A stretch of 64,000 bases of DNA. Origin: Paraphysomonas bandaiensis (Eukaryota; Protista; Chrysophyceae). Made by a program: the position numbers and the translations under genes. The notes under the pieces are model-generated. The model did not search any database and had not been told where the DNA came from. It worked only from the letters and a program-made list of their open reading frames with translations. Location: positions 1 through 64,000 of the forward strand of contig CBFFRP010000314.1 in NCBI GenBank assembly GCA_965644295.1, given 5' to 3'. This document shows positions 61,155 to 64,000 of the stretch, in pieces; position 1 is the stretch's first letter, and every line of letters starts with the position of its first letter.

Positions 61155-61928
61155 ATGGAATCATCACAGAAAGTTACCAACAAACGCAAACTGGACACCT
61201 CTGATGCGACTCAGAGCTTATGGTTGCTCAAAATTCCAGAATCCGTCGCTGCAAAGTGGTCCAGTGCCAAAGCAGATGAAACTCTGGGAGCACTAAAAAT
61301 GACTACTATTCCTCCCCAATCAGCGGGACGGCCATCGACATATCGCCTAGATGTACAATTATTAGACGATAATAATGAAAGCGGAGATAAAACATATACG
61401 GACGAGTACACCCTCGACGAAGTGCCATTAGGACCCCAGCTGGTTGCATTTGAGTTCGATAAAAATGAACACAAGTTTTCGGTGAAAGGAAAGGTGAGCA
61501 AACGATACAATCTCAAACCACGTAGCACGGAGCAATACCAACAAGTTTTGAGGAATCGCTATGTTGCCTCTGAGAAAAGACACCAGAGTCGCGAAGTTGC
61601 AGATAAAGACTTGGTTGTACTAAGCAATTTTGAATCCAGAAGTGTTGACTTTATTCCCCCTCCATATGTGGACGCCAAACGAAGAGAAGAGAGTGGATCG
61701 AACAAGAGAGTCAAGCCAGTAGTGTCTGACGAAAAGGAGATCAGACAGCGTATGATAGAAGCATTCGCTAGCACGGAATACCTCACCTTCAAGCAAATCA
61801 ACACAGTCTGTCGAGCCAGTGAGGCAGACCTTCGCGAAGTCTTGCGGAAGTATGCGGACTACCACAGCAAAGGACCACTGAAGAACTACTATGCCCTAAA
61901 ACCTCAGTACCGTGGAGCCACAACATAG
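61155..61928 (+). CDS. GTF2F2: Transcription factor IIF beta subunit (RAP30)
   Basis: LWLLKIPESVAAKW N-domain; winged helix EADLREVLRKYADYHSKGP..NYYALKPQY. Confidence 0.9.
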   Translation: MESSQKVTNKRKLDTSDATQSLWLLKIPESVAAKWSSAKADETLGALKMTTIPPQSAGRPSTYRLDVQLLDDNNESGDKTYTDEYTLDEVPLGPQLVAFEFDKNEHKFSVKGKVSKRYNLKPRSTEQYQQVLRNRYVASEKRHQSREVADKDLVVLSNFESRSVDFIPPPYVDAKRREESGSNKRVKPVVSDEKEIRQRMIEAFASTEYLTFKQINTVCRASEADLREVLRKYADYHSKGPLKNYYALKPQYRGATT

Positions 61929-62052
61929 TCAGTTTGTAGATACCCTGTTCAACTTTGTCGGAATAGTTTGAGAAAGAAAATTAATTTGTTGGCGCAGCTT
62001 CTCTTAATTCATTTAACTTAGAGTTTATAAGTATAACATGAACAGACTACCA

Positions 62053-64000
62053 TAACAGAAGTTGACATTATTTGCTAAGGTTTACTATTCTCAACTGATA
62101 AGATGAAATTATAAACATTACATGATAAAGAACCTAAGTTGTGTTCGATGTGTTCAACACCATTCATTTACTACTATAGTGTACAAACCACACACTCAGT
62201 GATCGTATCCTGTATAGTCATCCACTTCTACTTCAGTTTCATACTACACAATATAATGTACTAATTACATATATATCTTTCGATCCTTGCATCTCACATA
62301 ATACTGCACTCAATTGCAAGTATATAGAATCTTCAGATCTCAACACTCCCCCTCAATTGAGTGTTGTACTATGACGCCTCCCAGCTATTGAATGCCTGAG
62401 ATAAAAAATTCTTGACAGTAAAATAGACTCATCTCTAAGTCTAAACCTCTGTCTAAAAAACTCAGTACCTACTTGCGCCTTCTTTTATCCCTTGGTCCCT
62501 CATTAATCACTTCAGTGGAACTCTTAGCTTTCTCTCCAAGATTTCTCTTTCTCTGCTCCATATATGATAAACCAACCAATGACTTTGTATAAATATCTGC
62601 TGCTTGTTGCGATGTATGCACATGCACTAACTTAATCGTATTGAACTGATTGGGATCCACGTGCTCTCTCACCATGTGATACTTAATCTCAATGTGCTTC
62701 GACTTCTTGTGAAACACTGGGTTTTCGGCCAAATCCTGGGCACTCTGACTGTCGATGAAGAATGGTGTGGGTTTGATGAGCCTCAACTTAATCTCACCCG
62801 TCACCCCCCGAACCCATAGCACTTCTTGGAGACCCGAGTAAATACACTGATACTCAGACTGCATGCTTGACGTTGCCACTGTCGTCTGCAGTTTGGACTG
62901 CCAGACTATAGGCCCTCCCGCTGCAAACCCAACGTACCCCGACGTGGACTTCCTGGAGAGCTGGTCTCCCGCCCAATCCGCGTCAGTAAACATATGGAAG
63001 TCGAACCGTCTACTCCCATATTGAATCCCTTTGTCAATAGAACCACGAATATATTGCCATACGTGTGTTAATAGCTTGCATACTTCAATATTCACCTTAT
63101 TACTGACCCGAGACAGTACTCCCACTGCATAGGCAATATCCGGCCTCGTGTTCATCGAGAGATATAGTAATGCACCTATCAGCGGCCGATATGGGAAGTT
63201 ATCTACTATAAGCTGTTCCTCCTCGGTATGCTCATGCCGTGCCCCTTGTGCCACTAAATCCATTGCTTCCGCCGGTAGAGGACTCTTCCGTACCTTTCGC
63301 GGTGACCCAAGATACTTTTCAAACTTTTCTAAGATCTTAGCCGCATATACTGATTGGTCAAGACGAATATACTCTGGCGTTCTTGTGACTCGAACATTCA
63401 GAAAATGTTCCATCTCGCCCATATCCTTCATATCAAACCGGGCACACAGTTGAGCTTTAATATCCTTCACTATGTTGACATCACGACCTAACACTAGGAT
63501 ATCATCCACATATATCGTTAATAATATCAATTCATCGCCCTTATACTGATAATACAAACATGGGTCTAATACACATGGTTTAAAATGCATAGATCGTATG
63601 AATTTATCCAATGTTTTCCACCACGACCGCGGGGAACTCCGAAGCCCGTATAACGACTTCTTCAACTTAAAGCAGTACCCCTCAGGCAGCTGAAAGTCCG
63701 GAGTTGCCTTCATATATACATCCCCCTCTATATCTGCATATAGAAATGCGTTAGACACATCCAGTTGATGAATTACCATGTTCATCACGAAAGCTATGGC
63801 GATTAACAGTCGCACTGTTACCCCCTTAACAACGGGTGCGAAATGGTTCGCCCAACCACTCGACTGCTGTCCACAACCGATTGCTACAAGACGAGCCTTA
63901 TATCGGCGGACCTCTCCCTCCTTATCGTACTTCTTTCCATAGACGTACTTGGAGTGCAGTGGGACGACTCCGTCCGGTATACGAGTCACCTCCATGGTAT
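62053..64000 (-). mobile_element. Ty1/copia family 2, 3' part (3' LTR 62053-62345, PPT 62346-62356)
   Basis: LTR matches solo LTR 3922-4214; PPT TTGAGGGGGAG; runs off the window end. Confidence 0.95.
62469..64000 (-). CDS. Copia RT-RNase H (partial, uninterrupted)
   Basis: YKARLVA, LDVSNAF, IYVDDI, FTDADWAG, KSKHIEIKYH. Confidence 0.95.
   Translation of the reverse strand, partial: TMEVTRIPDGVVPLHSKYVYGKKYDKEGEVRRYKARLVAIGCGQQSSGWANHFAPVVKGVTVRLLIAIAFVMNMVIHQLDVSNAFLYADIEGDVYMKATPDFQLPEGYCFKLKKSLYGLRSSPRSWWKTLDKFIRSMHFKPCVLDPCLYYQYKGDELILLTIYVDDILVLGRDVNIVKDIKAQLCARFDMKDMGEMEHFLNVRVTRTPEYIRLDQSVYAAKILEKFEKYLGSPRKVRKSPLPAEAMDLVAQGARHEHTEEEQLIVDNFPYRPLIGALLYLSMNTRPDIAYAVGVLSRVSNKVNIEVCKLLTHVWQYIRGSIDKGIQYGSRRFDFHMFTDADWAGDQLSRKSTSGYVGFAAGGPIVWQSKLQTTVATSSMQSEYQCIYSGLQEVLWVRGVTGEIKLRLIKPTPFFIDSQSAQDLAENPVFHKKSKHIEIKYHMVREHVDPNQFNTIKLVHVHTSQQAADIYTKSLVGLSYMEQRKRNLGEKAKSSTEVINEGPRDKRRRK

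Noticed and set aside
62040-62052. PBS-like TGGTAG after the family-2 3' LTR suggesting a tandem element
   Set aside because: Only 6 nt, followed by the TFIIF-beta 3' region rather than gag; probably target DNA.

Overview
Gene-dense eukaryotic DNA with short GT-AG introns, most likely a stramenopile/ochrophyte protist (inference from gene repertoire; no search was possible). Recognisable genes: ornithine decarboxylase, Utp14, DNAJC17/Cwc23, Sti1/HOP, RPL13A, GatC, a p25alpha/IQ protein, REEP/Yop1, a catalytic-domain-only MTHFR, organellar ThrRS, an HXXXD acyltransferase, a mitochondrial carrier, a centrosomin-CM1 protein, PIG-H and TFIIF-beta, plus unknown ORFs. Most genes sit in head-to-head pairs. 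The spacers between pairs are packed with transposable elements: a complete, apparently very young Ty1/copia (11950-17430), a second copia running off the window end, several solo LTRs, a MULE carrying a ~45-copy 28-bp minisatellite, hAT remnants and MITEs, and six 3' fragments of a LINE family. No CRISPR, rRNA or tRNA was found. The best candidates for undescribed biology are: (1) a conserved, co-varying pseudoknot-like motif in the 3' UTR of divergent LINE copies that lack poly(A) tails; (2) two LTR families ending TG...TA rather than TG...CA, one recently active; (3) candidate polyamine-responsive uORF/splicing control upstream of ODC; (4) extra C-terminal domains on the copia integrase and the MULE transposase. 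All assignments are by eye and need computational confirmation.
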